Shown piece after piece: positions 22,902-33,706 of a stretch of 64,000 nt of DNA (positions within the stretch are counted from its first letter, which is position 1; every line of letters starts with the position of its first letter). Both the position numbers and the translations under genes were made by a program. The notes beneath the pieces are model-generated. The model was not told where the DNA came from and did not search any database. It saw only the letters and a program-made list of their open reading frames with translations. Source of the stretch: an uncultured Gemmataceae bacterium (GTDB lineage Bacteria; Planctomycetota; Planctomycetia; Gemmatales; Gemmataceae); the NCBI GenBank assembly GCA_963750165.1, contig CAVVPN010000003.1, forward strand, positions 1,792,001 through 1,856,000, in the 5' to 3' direction.

Positions 22902-23065
22902 CCACCAATAACTTTCATGGCGATTTGGTATTAGCGCTCTGCAACCCGCCCGCCTTCCCCAGCATACCGCGGCTGCAAAGCGCTCTAGCCACGGCCCGCC
23001 GCTTCTGGCATCATTTCCCCCGCTTTGCCCCGAACGGACTCGGGGCCGCCGCGACAGGGAGTGTC

Positions 23066-24076
23066 ATGCCGGCCGCGACCGCCGAACCTCCGCCGCCCCG
23101 CCGTTGGCGCCGCCGCCTGCGCCGCGCCGGCGCCTGGCTGCTGCTCGCCGCCGCCCTGGCCGAGAGCGGCCGCGTGATCTTCGGTAACAACTTCCACACC
23201 GTCATCCCCGGCCGCGTCCACCGCTGCGCTCAACCGTCGCCGCGCGACCTGGAGGCGGCCGTCCGCGACCACGGTATTCGCACCGTCGTCAACCTGCGCG
23301 GGTGTTGCAGCGAGCATCCGTGGTATCTGGCCGAGAGCCGCACCACGCACCGGCTCGGCGTCTGTCAGGAAGACGTCTGCCTGTCCGCCGGCCGACTGCC
23401 GCCGACCACCGAAATCCGCCGCCTCGTGGAAGTGCTCGACCGCGCCGAGTACCCGCTGCTGCTGCACTGCCGCCGCGGTGCCGACCGCACCGGCCTCGCG
23501 TCCGCCATCGTGACACTGCTGCAAACCAACGCCTCGGTCACCACCGCCAGCCTGCAGCTGGGCGTGCGCTATGGCCACTTCGCCGTCGGCCGGCCGTCGG
23601 CGCTCGATTCCTTCCTGCAACTCTACCGGGAATGGCTCGACGATCAGGGCCAGAAGCACAGCCCGGCGCGCTTCCGCCGCTGGCTGGTCGAGGACTACAA
23701 CCCCGGCTCGCTGGCCTGCGCCATCGAGCGCATCGGCCCCGAGTCACTGGTGTTGAAGGCGGGCGAAACGTCAGCGGTCGCGGTGCGGGTGCGCAACATG
23801 TCGCTGCGGCCGTGGCGGCTGTCGCCGCTGCTGGTGGCCGGCACACACGTCGGCTTCCATGTCTGGAACGACCGCGACGAACTGGTCGTCAACGGCAAGT
23901 CCGGGCAGTTCGACGCCGAGGTGCGGCCAGGACAGGCGCTCACGCTGACGGTGCCGCTGCCGGCGCTGCCGCCGGGACGCTACCGTCTGCTGGTTGACAT
24001 GGTCGATGAGCGGCAGTGCTGGTTTTTCCAGGCCGGCTCCGAACCGCTGGAAGAGGAGTTGACCGTCCGTGAATAA
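23066..24076 (+). CDS. Dual-specificity/tyrosine phosphatase family protein with C-terminal Ig-like domain
   Basis: Catalytic loop 'LLHCRRGADRTG', 'TVVNLRG', N-terminal hydrophobic segment. Confidence 0.85.
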   Translation: MPAATAEPPPPRRWRRRLRRAGAWLLLAAALAESGRVIFGNNFHTVIPGRVHRCAQPSPRDLEAAVRDHGIRTVVNLRGCCSEHPWYLAESRTTHRLGVCQEDVCLSAGRLPPTTEIRRLVEVLDRAEYPLLLHCRRGADRTGLASAIVTLLQTNASVTTASLQLGVRYGHFAVGRPSALDSFLQLYREWLDDQGQKHSPARFRRWLVEDYNPGSLACAIERIGPESLVLKAGETSAVAVRVRNMSLRPWRLSPLLVAGTHVGFHVWNDRDELVVNGKSGQFDAEVRPGQALTLTVPLPALPPGRYRLLVDMVDERQCWFFQAGSEPLEEELTVRE

Positions 24077-25064
24077 GACCACCCTTCGCGTCCTGGTCAC
24101 CGCGGTGCTGCTGGCCGTCCTCGCCTGCAAGACGGACTGGCCGCAAGTCTTCGCCACCTTCGCCCACCTGCAAGCGGGCTGGTGGCTACTGGCGGTCGCG
24201 CTGCTGGCGGTTACGCAGGTCGTCAGCGCCTGGCGCTGGCAGGTGATCGCCCGGCCGCTCGGCTTCGCCCGGCCGCTGCGGCAGCTGACCGGCTTCTACT
24301 ACATCGGCATGTACTTCAACCTGCTGCTGCCCACGTCGGTCGGCGGCGACGTGGTGCGGGCCTGGTATCTCGATGGCCATAGCGGCAAGCGCCTGCCGGC
24401 GTTCGCTTCCGTCTTCCTGGACCGCCTCAGCGGTCTGGTGGTGCTGCTGATGATGGCGTGCGTCGCGGTGTTCCTGTCGCCGCTGCAACTGGAGCCGTGG
24501 GTGGTGTGGTTCACCTACGGGGCGGCGGCCTGTGCCGTGCTCGGGCTGACGACGGCGCCACTGCTGGCTCAGCACAGCGCGAAGGCCGCGGGCCGGCTGC
24601 GGCGGCTGCGCGGCGCGCTGGCGGCGCTGCGGTCGCCGCGCGTGCTCGCCGGCAGCACGCTACTGTCGCTGTTCGTGCAGGCGGCCAACGTGGTGGTCGT
24701 CTGGCTGGTCGGCGTCGCCATCAGCGCGGACATTCCCTGGACCTACTACTGGATTCTGGTGCCGATGGTGTCGCTGCTGACGCTGGTGCCGGTCAGCGTG
24801 GGCGGCGCCGGCGTCCGCGAGAACGCCATCCCGCTGTTCCTGGCGCCGCTGGGCATCGGCGATCGCGTCGCGGTGCCGCTGGCGCTGCTGTGGTTCGCGG
24901 TCTGTGCGGCGACCAGCCTGATAGGCGGCGTCGTCTACCTTTGCGGTCATTTCCCCAAACCCGAGGCGCCGGCGGCGCTGCCGGACGAGGAGCAAGCCGA
25001 CGATGGATCTGTCGATCGTGATTCCGATCAAGGACGAACGGGACAATTTGGGGCCGCTGCTTGA
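24069..25064 (+). CDS. Lysylphosphatidylglycerol-synthase TM domain (UPF0104) flippase-like protein
   Basis: 'AWRWQ', 'FNLLLPTSVGGDVVR', 'DRLSGL', 'PVSVGGAGVRE'; multiple TM helices. Confidence 0.88.
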   Translation: MNKTTLRVLVTAVLLAVLACKTDWPQVFATFAHLQAGWWLLAVALLAVTQVVSAWRWQVIARPLGFARPLRQLTGFYYIGMYFNLLLPTSVGGDVVRAWYLDGHSGKRLPAFASVFLDRLSGLVVLLMMACVAVFLSPLQLEPWVVWFTYGAAACAVLGLTTAPLLAQHSAKAAGRLRRLRGALAALRSPRVLAGSTLLSLFVQAANVVVVWLVGVAISADIPWTYYWILVPMVSLLTLVPVSVGGAGVRENAIPLFLAPLGIGDRVAVPLALLWFAVCAATSLIGGVVYLCGHFPKPEAPAALPDEEQADDGSVDRDSDQGRTGQFGAAA

Positions 25065-26052
25065 GCAGCTGCACGCCACCCTCGGCCCTGTGGGGCAGGC
25101 TTTCCAGCCTGCCGTAGCACCCGGCAGGCTGGAAAGCCTGCCCCACGAAAGAGGCAGACAGGAATGTCTGCCCCACGGGAGTTACGAAATCATCTTCGTG
25201 GACGACGGCAGCACGGACGGCTCCTTCGCGGTGATGGAGGCGCTGGCGCTGAGCGACCCGACAGTCAAGGTGGTGCAGCTGCGCCGCAACTTCGGTCAGT
25301 CGGCGGCGCTGCAGGCGGGCATCGACTACTCGCAGGGGGCGGTGCTCGTCACAATGGACGGCGACCTGCAGAACGATCCGGCCGACATTCCACGGCTGCT
25401 GGCCAAGCTCGACGAGGGCTACGACGCCGTGCTGGGCCGCCGCAAGAAGCGGCAGGACGCCCTGTGGGTGCGCAAGGTGCCGAGCCTGCTGGGCAACTGG
25501 TTGATCCGCCGCGTGACCGGCGTGACCATCAAGGACATGGGCTGCACGCTGCGGGCGCTGCGTCGCGACCTGGCCGAGGCGCTGCCGCTGTACGGCGAGA
25601 TGCACCGCTTCGTGCCGGTGCTGGCGCAGCAGTACGGCGGCCGTCTGGTGCAGATCGACGTGGCCCACCACCCACGCACCGCCGGCAAGACCAAGTACAA
25701 CCTGACGCGCACCTTTCGCGTCGTCCTCGACCTGATTACGGTCAAGTTCCTGCACAGCTACCTGACCCGGCCGATGCACGTCATGGGCCTGGCCGGGCTC
25801 TGCTGCATGGGGCTGGGCTTCGTGTCGCTGCTGACGACCATCGGCATGAAGTGGACGCTGGGCACGTTCATGACCGGCAACCCGTTCCTGTTGCTGAGCG
25901 CGCTGCTGGAGCTGATCGGCGTGCAGTTCATCTCGATTGGCTTGCTCGGCGAGGTGCTGACGCGGACGTATTTCGAGAGCCAGGGCAAGAAGTCCTATGC
26001 GGTGCGGACGACGCTGAATGTGGACACCGGGCCGCGACGGCACGCGGCGTGA
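25003..26052 (+). CDS. GT2 polyprenol-phosphate glycosyltransferase (ArnC/DPM-like) with a 29-aa palindrome-derived insertion
   Basis: 'LSIVIP', 'EIIFVDDGSTD', 'RNFGQSAA', 'MDGDLQNDP', two C-terminal TM helices. Confidence 0.9.
   Translation: MDLSIVIPIKDERDNLGPLLEQLHATLGPVGQAFQPAVAPGRLESLPHERGRQECLPHGSYEIIFVDDGSTDGSFAVMEALALSDPTVKVVQLRRNFGQSAALQAGIDYSQGAVLVTMDGDLQNDPADIPRLLAKLDEGYDAVLGRRKKRQDALWVRKVPSLLGNWLIRRVTGVTIKDMGCTLRALRRDLAEALPLYGEMHRFVPVLAQQYGGRLVQIDVAHHPRTAGKTKYNLTRTFRVVLDLITVKFLHSYLTRPMHVMGLAGLCCMGLGFVSLLTTIGMKWTLGTFMTGNPFLLLSALLELIGVQFISIGLLGEVLTRTYFESQGKKSYAVRTTLNVDTGPRRHAA
25090..25176. repeat. GTGG-REP triplet inserted in frame in the GT2 gene
   Basis: gtggggcaggctttccagcctgcc..ggcaggctggaaagcctgccccac plus ggcagacaggaatgtctgccccac; 87 bp, starts on a codon boundary. 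Confidence 0.85.
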
Positions 26053-26064
26053 TCGGGCGCACGG

Positions 26065-26592
26065 TCAGGAACCGCGCGTGACACTGCGGACGACGTTCGC
26101 GAAGCCGATGAGCATCAAGATGAACGGCAAGAGCCAAAAACCGCCCACTGCGAGGCAGCTAAAAAACCAAACGCCGCCGATCAGCATCACGCAGAGGCTG
26201 CTGATGAGTTCGCGGTCTATGCGAGAGCCGCCGCCGTGCGAGAGGCGTTCTTCCTTGCTGGGGCGCGACCGCTGCCGCGACTTCCGCCGTACCCACCGCT
26301 CCACCGGCCGCTCCTCCTCCAGGCGCAGCGGCGGGACGTGCGGCTCGATGTCCATGCGGCGCGGCGGCAACGGCGGTGGCAACAGTGGCGACGGCGGCGG
26401 ACCCGATCGTGGCGCCGGCTCGGGCGGCAGTTCTTCCAGGTCCACCGTCAGCGCCGCGTCCGCCGCGGGACGGGGCTGGCCCCCCGGGACGAACTGCACG
26501 CTGCGGCAGTTGGGGCAGCGCACCTGTTGCCCCGCTAATCCGTCGTTGACGAGCAGCCAGACGCCGCACGAGCACTTGATGTGAAAGTCCAC
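26065..26592 (-). CDS. Small zinc-ribbon membrane protein
   Basis: RBS 'ggagg' plus GTG; 'CSCG..GQQVRCPNC', Pro-rich linker, two C-terminal TM helices. Fused to the kinase in the ORF track only because of a frameshift. Confidence 0.7.
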   Translation of the reverse strand: MDFHIKCSCGVWLLVNDGLAGQQVRCPNCRSVQFVPGGQPRPAADAALTVDLEELPPEPAPRSGPPPSPLLPPPLPPRRMDIEPHVPPLRLEEERPVERWVRRKSRQRSRPSKEERLSHGGGSRIDRELISSLCVMLIGGVWFFSCLAVGGFWLLPFILMLIGFANVVRSVTRGS

Positions 26593-26669
26593 GGCGACCT
26601 CCGTTCTCCGGCAGCCGATCCGCACCGGTTCAGGACGCGAATCGTAACCGGGCGCGCAGAGGTCCGCAA

Positions 26670-29600
26670 TCATTTCTGCCAGAGCCGCCGCAGCTGTTCC
26701 GCCTCCAGCGGCAGGTAGCCGCGCTCCGGATCGATTCGGCTCGCGGACAGCAGTTCCGCCAACCGCACCAGCTCCGCCACCGGCCGGTCCTCGCGGCGCA
26801 CGCGCGCAGATCACCTGCCCGCCGGCCGCCCCCTCCATGTAGACGGTGCAGCCCTCGCGGTTGAACGCCGCATCGCGGGCGATGCAGCGAATCTGCAACG
26901 GCGGCGTGATCGGCTCGGCGGTCTCGGCGTCCCAGACGCGCACCGTCTCGTCGTCGCTGGCGGTCAGCACCAGCTTGCCGTCCGGATGGAAAATCACACG
27001 CAGGACGGTGCCGTGGTGCCGCAACGGCGGCGCCAGCAACTGGCCCGTCGTGGCCGACCAGATCCGGCCGGTGTTGTCGTCGCTGCCGGTGGCCACGCGC
27101 TTGCCGTGCGGGCTGAACGTCACCCACACCACCGCACTGCTGTGCTGCAGCGGCGGCCCCACCGGCTTGCCCGTCACGGCGTCGGAGACCTGGGCGGCGT
27201 CGCTCGGCAGCGCCTTGACGATGAGCTTGCCGTCCGGGCTGCGCGCCTCGGTGTGGCGTGCGATGAGCTGCGCCTCGCAGGGCTTTACGCCCCGATCCTC
27301 GGGGTCGGTGAAGTGCGGCGTCAGGCGCCACAGGCGGGCGACATGGTCGCTGCTGGCGGTCAGCACGTGGCGGCCGTCCGGGCTGAAGTAAGCGCTATTG
27401 ACGCCGCCGTGGTGCGGCAGCCACGGCGGCTTGAGGCGCCCCGTGGCCGCGTCCCACAGGCGCACGGTATTGTCGTCGCTGGCGGTGACCACCCAGCGGC
27501 TGTCCGGGCTGAACGCAGCCTGGTTGACCCCGGCGGAGTGCCGCAGGGGCAGCGTCCACGGCTGGCCCGTGGCCGCGTTCCAGACGCGCGCCGTGCGGTC
27601 ATCGCTGCTGGTCACGATCCAGTAACCGTCCGGCCCAAAGGCGGCGTGCGTTACTGCCTGCTTGTGCAGCAGCGGCGGCACCAGTTCGACGCCGCTGGAC
27701 GCGCTCCACAGCCGGGCCGTGCGGTCGCGGCTGGCGGTGAGCACCTTGCGGCCGTCCGGGCTGAAGGTTGCCTCAGTCAGCGGGGCGGTGTGCTTCAACG
27801 GCGGCGTCCGCGGCTTGCCGGTGGTAGCGTCCCACACGCGCGCCGTGTGGTCGTCGCTGGCGGTCAGCAGCCGCTTGCCCAACGGCGAGAACTGCGCCTG
27901 CGTCACCGTCGCCGCGTGCGGAAACGTCACTGGCAGCCGCGTCCCGGTCGCCATGTCCCACAGTTTCGCGGTGTGCTCCGCGCCGCCAGTTGGGCCGGCG
28001 GTGGCCAGCACCTGGCCGTCGCGGCGAAAGGACACCTCGGTCACCGCGGTGCCATGCGGCAACGGCGGCGTCAGCGGCTTGCCGGTGCCGGACTCCCAGA
28101 CGCGGGCTGTGCCGTCCTTGCCGCCGGTGGCGATGCGGCCACCGTCCGGACAGAACACGGCGACGGCGACGCCACCGGGATGCGTCATCGGTTCCCCCAG
28201 CTGCCGGCCGCTGGCCACATCCCACAGGCGGGCGCCGTCGTCGCCGGCGGTGAGCACGCGGCGGCCGTCGGGGCTAAACAGGGCCACGCGCACCGCGCCG
28301 TTGTGGAACCACAGTTGCTCCAGCCGTGGGCAGCGGTCGAGCACTGCCGCCAGGCGCAGCCGGTGCATCTCCTCGCGCTCCGGTCGGCCCTCGTCCAGCC
28401 GCAGCGCCTCGGCGAACCAGACCAGCGCCCCGAACCAGTCGCCGCTGTCGAGCAGGTTGGCGCCGTTGGCGACGTTCAGCCGCACCAGACGCTGCCGGCT
28501 CTCCTCGGTGCGCATCTGCGCCACCTCCAGCGCCTGCTGCAGTTTCGCGTTGTAGACGAAGCCCGCCGCGATGAACACGGCCAGGCCCACGACGCAGACG
28601 ACCGCCAGCGCCGCCAGCGCCGGCCGCCGCCGCGCCCACTTCCAGGTGCGGCCCACCACGCCCACCGGCCGCGCCTTGATCGGCTCGCCGTTCAGGTAGC
28701 GGCGCAGGTCATCCGCCAGTTCCGCGGCGCTGGCGTAGCGCTTGCGGAAGTCCTTCTCCAGACATTTCAGCGTGATCGTTTCCAGGTCGCGCGGCACCTT
28801 TGGGTTGAGCCGGGTCGGCGCCGTCGGCTCCTGGCGCGAGACCATCAGCACCACTTCCAGGGCGGTGTCGGCCTGGAACGGCGGCCGGCCGGTGAGCAGC
28901 GTGTACAGGATCGCTCCGAGCGCGTACACGTCGGTGTGGGTGCCGAAGTCCTTGTGCCGGCCCTCGGCCTGCTCGGGGGCCATGTACATCGGCGTGCCGA
29001 CGACATCGCCGGTCGCGGTCGGGCCGGCGCTGGAGTCGAGGCGCTTGGCCAGGCCGAAGTCGGTGATTTTCGGTGTGCCGCCGCTGGTCAGCAGCACGTT
29101 GGCCGGCTTCAGGTCGCGGTGGATGATGCCGCGCTGATGGACCGCCTGCACGGCGCGGGCCAGCGCTTCGAGCAGCTCCGCGGCCTGGCGCGGCGGCTGC
29201 GGTTCGCCGGCGATTTTCGTCTCCAGGTCCGGGCCGTCGATGTACTCCAGCGACAGGTACGGCCGGCCCTCGTTCTCGCCGATCTCGTAAATCTGCACCA
29301 AATTGGGGTGCTGCACACTGGCGACCGCCTCGGCCTCGTCGCGAAAGCGGCGCATGGCCCCGGAGCCGGCGTGGGCACCGCTCAGGATCATCTTCAGTGC
29401 TACCAACCGGCCCAATCCCTCCTGCCGCGCCTTGTAGACGACGCCCATGCCGCCGCGACCGATCTCCGCCAGCAGCTCGTAGCCAGGCACACGGATCTGC
29501 TCGATGGCCAGCGTGGCCGGGTCGCCCAGAATCAGGGTCGGCGCCCAGACGGTGTTCTGCGCGTTCGCGGGCGGCGTGTCCGCTGAGGCCAGCCGTTCGG

Positions 29601-29892
29601 TGCGTGCCCCGGGCTGCGTGCGCATGAGCTGGCGCACGCGGTACAGGTCGCGCAGCTGGGCCTCGTGTTCGGGGAAGCGGCGCAGCAGTTCGTCGAGCAT
29701 CGGCTCGTCGCCGAGTTCCTCGCGCAGCACCAGCTCCTCGTGAACCAGGTCCAGCAGCGCCACGGCGTCCTGGCGCAGCTCGGGGTGGCGCTCCAGGTAG
29801 GCTTCCACCGGCACACGCTCGCCGCGCTGCCAGCACTGCCGCAGATCCTGGCGCAGCTGCGCCAGCAACTCGCCCTGTGTGGGGACAGTCAT
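26670..29892 (-). CDS. Hanks-type Ser/Thr protein kinase with C-terminal WD40 repeats; apparent frameshift near 26800
   Basis: 'GRGGMGVVY', 'VALKMI', 'HRDLKPAN', 'DFGLAK', 'GTPMYMAPE', TM-like helix, many 'PL.H...FSPDG..D.TARVWD' repeats; likely true end '..AELLSASRID..LRRLWQK*'. Confidence 0.92.
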
Positions 29893-29903
29893 GAACATCT
29901 CCT

Positions 29904-30156
29904 TGTCCGTGGTCCGTGGTTCGTGGCCCGTTGCCTTGCCCTCGTTGTGGCCTGGTCTCCGGACCAGGCCAGCGGGCCGGACCGAAGGTCTCCCCGCCTT
30001 CCAGCGCCTGAAGAGGAGACCTTCGGTCGGGGCCAGTGGCACGGTCAGGAGACCGTGCCACAACAGGGTGCCACAACAGGGCAACAGGGCCTCGGGCGGG
30101 TTACCCTGGCGCCGGAACCCTACTGGCAACGGACAACGGACAACGGACCACGGACA
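29904..30156. repeat. Nested palindromic element: heptamer-repeat terminal inverted repeats enclosing a GTGG-type REP doublet
   Basis: 29904-29935 and 30125-30156 are 28/32 inverted. Inner element 29944-30064 is gttgtggcc..gccacaac with internal hairpins. Confidence 0.75.
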
Positions 30157-30165
30157 CGCGCAGCG

Positions 30166-31407
30166 TTAACTCCTGAGCAAGTGTAGCCGCACCAAATTCA
30201 GCGCCATCTTGGCGGTGCGGCTCTGAATCTCCAGGCGGTTGCCGCCCCAGTTGAAGCCGGCCGTTGTGGCGCCGCCGTCCCACGCCAGGCCGGCGTACAC
30301 CAGCCCGATCGGCCTGTCCGGCGTGGCGCCGTCCGGCCCGGCCAGGCCGGTGGTGCTCACGGCCAGGTCGGTGCCCAGCCGCAGCCGGCACGCCACCGCC
30401 AGCGCCTCCGCCACCTGTGGGCTGACGGCTCCGTGCTGCTCGATCAGCGCCGCCGGTACGCCGAGCAGCGCCGTCTTGACACGGTTATCGTAGGCCACCA
30501 CACCGCCGGCGAACCAGCGACTGGCGCCCGGCACCTCCACCAGCCGCCGCGCCACCAGGCCGCCGGTAACGCTCTCCGCAGTCGCCAGCGTCCGCCTGCG
30601 CCGCTCCAGTAAGTGTAACACGGCGTGCTGCAAATCCTCATCCTCCACTCCGAAAATCAGTTCGCCCAGCCGTTCGCGGATGGTCGCCTCCACCGGCGCG
30701 ATCAGCGCCTGCGCCGCCTCGACGTTTTCGGCCCGGGCGAGGATACGCAACGAGATCACCGCATCGCTGACGGTGATGCCAACCTCCGGCACATGGCCGC
30801 GCCGCGTGAGATCGAGCAGTCGTCGCTCCACCGCCGACTCGCCCTCGCCGAAGGTGTTGAGCTTGCGCTGTACCAGCACGCCGCCGCCCAGGCCCAGCTT
30901 GAGTAATCGCGGCTTCACCTGCCCCTCGAACATGGCGTACATTTCGGAGGGCACACCGGGCATGGCGACCACGACAGCCTGGCCGACGGTCATCCAGATA
31001 CCGGGCGCCGTGCCGTGGGCGTTGGGGATCGGTTCGGCGGTGGCGGGGAACAGCGCCTGCACGCGGTTACGTTCAGTCATGGTGCGACCGCGGCGTGCGA
31101 ACATGGCCTGGATCTGCGCGAAGGACTCTGGATGGAACACCAGTTCGACGCCGGCGGCCGCGGCCAGGGCCTCGCGCGTCAGGTCGTCCTGGGTTGGGCC
31201 GAGGCCGCCGGTGGCGATCACCAGCCGGGCCCGCTGCGTCGCCAGGCGGAGCGCCTCCACATTATCGTGCAGGTCGTCCGCGACGGTGGTGTGCCAGCCG
31301 ACCGGGATGCCGACCTCCGCCAACCGCCGGCTGAGCCATTGCGTGTTGGTGTCGAGGTTCTGGCCGCTGGTCAGTTCACTGCCGATCGACAGGAGTTCGG
31401 TTTTCAT
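30166..31407 (-). CDS. cinA: Competence/damage-inducible protein A (CinA/PncC)
   Basis: '[11 protein letters not shown]', '[11 protein letters not shown]', 'MPGVPSEM', 'TAESVTGG', 'GAVS..VA', 'STTGLAGP'. Confidence 0.95.
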   Translation of the reverse strand: MKTELLSIGSELTSGQNLDTNTQWLSRRLAEVGIPVGWHTTVADDLHDNVEALRLATQRARLVIATGGLGPTQDDLTREALAAAAGVELVFHPESFAQIQAMFARRGRTMTERNRVQALFPATAEPIPNAHGTAPGIWMTVGQAVVVAMPGVPSEMYAMFEGQVKPRLLKLGLGGGVLVQRKLNTFGEGESAVERRLLDLTRRGHVPEVGITVSDAVISLRILARAENVEAAQALIAPVEATIRERLGELIFGVEDEDLQHAVLHLLERRRRTLATAESVTGGLVARRLVEVPGASRWFAGGVVAYDNRVKTALLGVPAALIEQHGAVSPQVAEALAVACRLRLGTDLAVSTTGLAGPDGATPDRPIGLVYAGLAWDGGATTAGFNWGGNRLEIQSRTAKMALNLVRLHLLRS

Positions 31408-31424
31408 GATTGTTCCCAAAACTG

Positions 31425-31504
31425 GCCTGGCGAGCGGGGGGCGTTAGCCCCCTGTTGCTGGAATGCTCTCCAAACAGGGGGCGGACGCCCCCCGCTCGCC
31501 AGGC
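31425..31504. repeat. Inverted repeat (gcctggcgagcggggggcg..cgccccccgctcgccaggc)
   Basis: Imperfect long stem directly upstream of cinA. Confidence 0.75.
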
Positions 31505-31851
31505 GGGTGTTCTCCCCATTTTTTACCATTTTTGCAGGCGACAGGCCCCGCCGGTAGCGCGGGCGGGTCTGGACGCGCTTCCGCCGACGCCCCCGGCCGG
31601 GCAAATGAAAAATTGTCGCCAGGCTTTCTCCTTGCATCCGTTGCAGTGGGGCGTCTAGAATACTCCCAACAGAGATTCCGTTCACCATTTGACTCGCAGG
31701 GACTTTCGTCCTTCCCAAAATGGTGAGCGTGGGGTTGGTGTCCGCTGGGAAGAACCGCAGAGGGAGGCCGAATCCTACTGGCGATCTTCCCGTGTCCGTG
31801 CAAGTCGCCCTGGAAGCAGTCTGCATCCAATCGAAACCACGAGGTCGTCAG

Positions 31852-32478
31852 ATGAAGCTCAGTCTGGTGGTCTTGAGCGAAGGGAAGGCCAAAGGGCAGG
31901 CCATTCCCGTCACGCTCTCGCAGTTCCTGATTGGCAGGGACCCCCAGTGTCACCTGCGCCCGGCCAGTGCCATGATTAGCAAACGGCACTGCGCCATCCT
32001 GGTCAAAAACGGCAAGGTCTTCGTGCGCGACTTCGACAGCACCAACGGCACCTCCGTCAACGACGAGCCCATCAAGGGCGAGCGGCAGCTCAACCACGCG
32101 GACCTGCTCAAGGTCGGGCCGCTGGCCTTCCGCGTGCAGCTGGAAGGTTCGACAGCGGTGAACAAGCCGACGCCAACGCCGCCGCCCCGCAAGCGCGAGC
32201 CCAGCGAGGACGACGATGTCGCCGCCATGCTGCTGTCGCTGCAGGACGACAGCACCACCAGCGTCGGCGCGGACTCCGCCGCCGACGTGCAGGTGCCCGA
32301 AGGTACGACCATGATGGACATCCCACGGCCGCCGGAGGGCGACGCCGCCAAGGAACCGGCCAAGGCCGAAGCCAAGGCCGAGAACAAGAAACTGGAAGAG
32401 GCCAAGAAAGCGAACGCCGACACCTCCGCCGCCGCCAAGGCGATCCTGGAGAAGTACAACCGCCGGACGCGGAGCTGA
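31852..32478 (+). CDS. FHA domain protein
   Basis: 'IGRDP..ISKRHC..DFDSTNGT'; low-complexity C-terminus. Confidence 0.9.
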   Translation: MKLSLVVLSEGKAKGQAIPVTLSQFLIGRDPQCHLRPASAMISKRHCAILVKNGKVFVRDFDSTNGTSVNDEPIKGERQLNHADLLKVGPLAFRVQLEGSTAVNKPTPTPPPRKREPSEDDDVAAMLLSLQDDSTTSVGADSAADVQVPEGTTMMDIPRPPEGDAAKEPAKAEAKAENKKLEEAKKANADTSAAAKAILEKYNRRTRS

Positions 32479-32489
32479 GTGGCGGTCCC

Positions 32490-33589
32490 GTGAAGCTCTC
32501 CCCTGTCGTCCGACAATGGCTGCGGCGGCGCTTGCTGGCGTGGTTCCGCCGGCAAGGCCGTCCCCTGCCCTGGCGCCGGAACCGCGATCCGTACGCCATC
32601 TGGGTCAGTGAAGTCATGCTGCAGCAGACCCAGGTGGCGACCGTCATTCCCTTTTTCGAGCGTTTTTTGCGGTCCTTTCCCAGCGTCGCCGCCCTGGCCG
32701 CGGCCGACGAGCACGACGTGCTGCGCCACTGGGAGGGTCTCGGCTACTACCGCCGCGCCCGCCAGCTGCACCAGGCCGCGCGCCGCCTGGTCGCCGACTT
32801 CGACGGCCGCATTCCCGACGACCCTGCCGCGTTCGGCGCTCTGCCCGGCGTCGGCCGCTACACGCTCGGCGCGGTGCTGTCGCAGGCGTTCGAGCGGCGG
32901 CTGCCGATCCTGGAAGCGAACAGCGTGCGGGTGCTGTGCCGGCTGCTCGCCGAGCGTGGCGACCCGCGCGCCCGGAGGTGCAGCGGCGGCTCTGGGAGGC
33001 GGCCGAGACACTGCTGCCGCGGCGGCACGTCGGCGACTTCAACCAGGCACTGATGGAGCTGGGGGCGCTGGTGTGTACGCCGGCGACGCCGGACTGCGCC
33101 GCGTGCCCTTTGGCGGACCTTTGCGAGGCCCGGCGGTTGAAACTGCAGGGGGAGATTCCGCGCAAGGCGCCGCCGCAAGTGGTGGAGGAAGTGAGCGAGG
33201 TGGCGGTGGTGGTGCGGCGCGGCGCGGAGGTGCTGCTGGTGCGACGACCGCCGACGGCCAATCGCTGGGCGAACATGTGGGAGTTTCCACACGGCCCGAC
33301 GCTCGCCGGCGAGACGGACGAGGCGGCGGCGCGGCGGGTGCTGACGGACCTGACCGGCATTGACGCGGAACCGGGGGCGGAGTTGGCGACGATCCGCCAC
33401 GGCGTCACGCGCTTCCGCATCACGATGGTGGCGCTGGAGGCGGCGTATCGCGGTGGGACATTTGCGTCGGCGTTTTACGCGGAGGGGCGCTGGCTGACGC
33501 CGGCGCGGCTGGCGGAGTTCGCGGTCAGTGCGCCGCAGCGGTTGCTGGCGAAGGGGCTGCTGCAACCGCGGCAGGGGCGGTTGTTTTGA
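32490..33589 (+). CDS. mutY: A/G-specific adenine glycosylase; apparent frameshift near 32970
   Basis: 'WVSEVMLQQTQV', 'WEGLGYYRRAR', HhH 'LPGVGRYT', FeS 'CTPATPDCAACPL..C', NUDIX-like 'MWEFP'. Confidence 0.93.
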
Positions 33590-33706
33590 TGTCCCGGCTC
33601 TGCGGATAACTTGTGCCGTCTCAAGGGGGTTGTTGTGCGAGGTGGCTCGGCCCCTTCGGGGCCAGGATGCTTGAACAGACCCTCCTTTTCCTGGGCATTC
33701 GTCGGT

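Noticed and set aside
26065..30129. 1354-aa kinase-WD40-zinc-ribbon fusion ORF
   Set aside because: Artefact of a frameshift near 26800 plus read-through of the repeat element at the 5' end. The downstream gene has its own RBS and GTG, and the kinase has a natural end at 26670.
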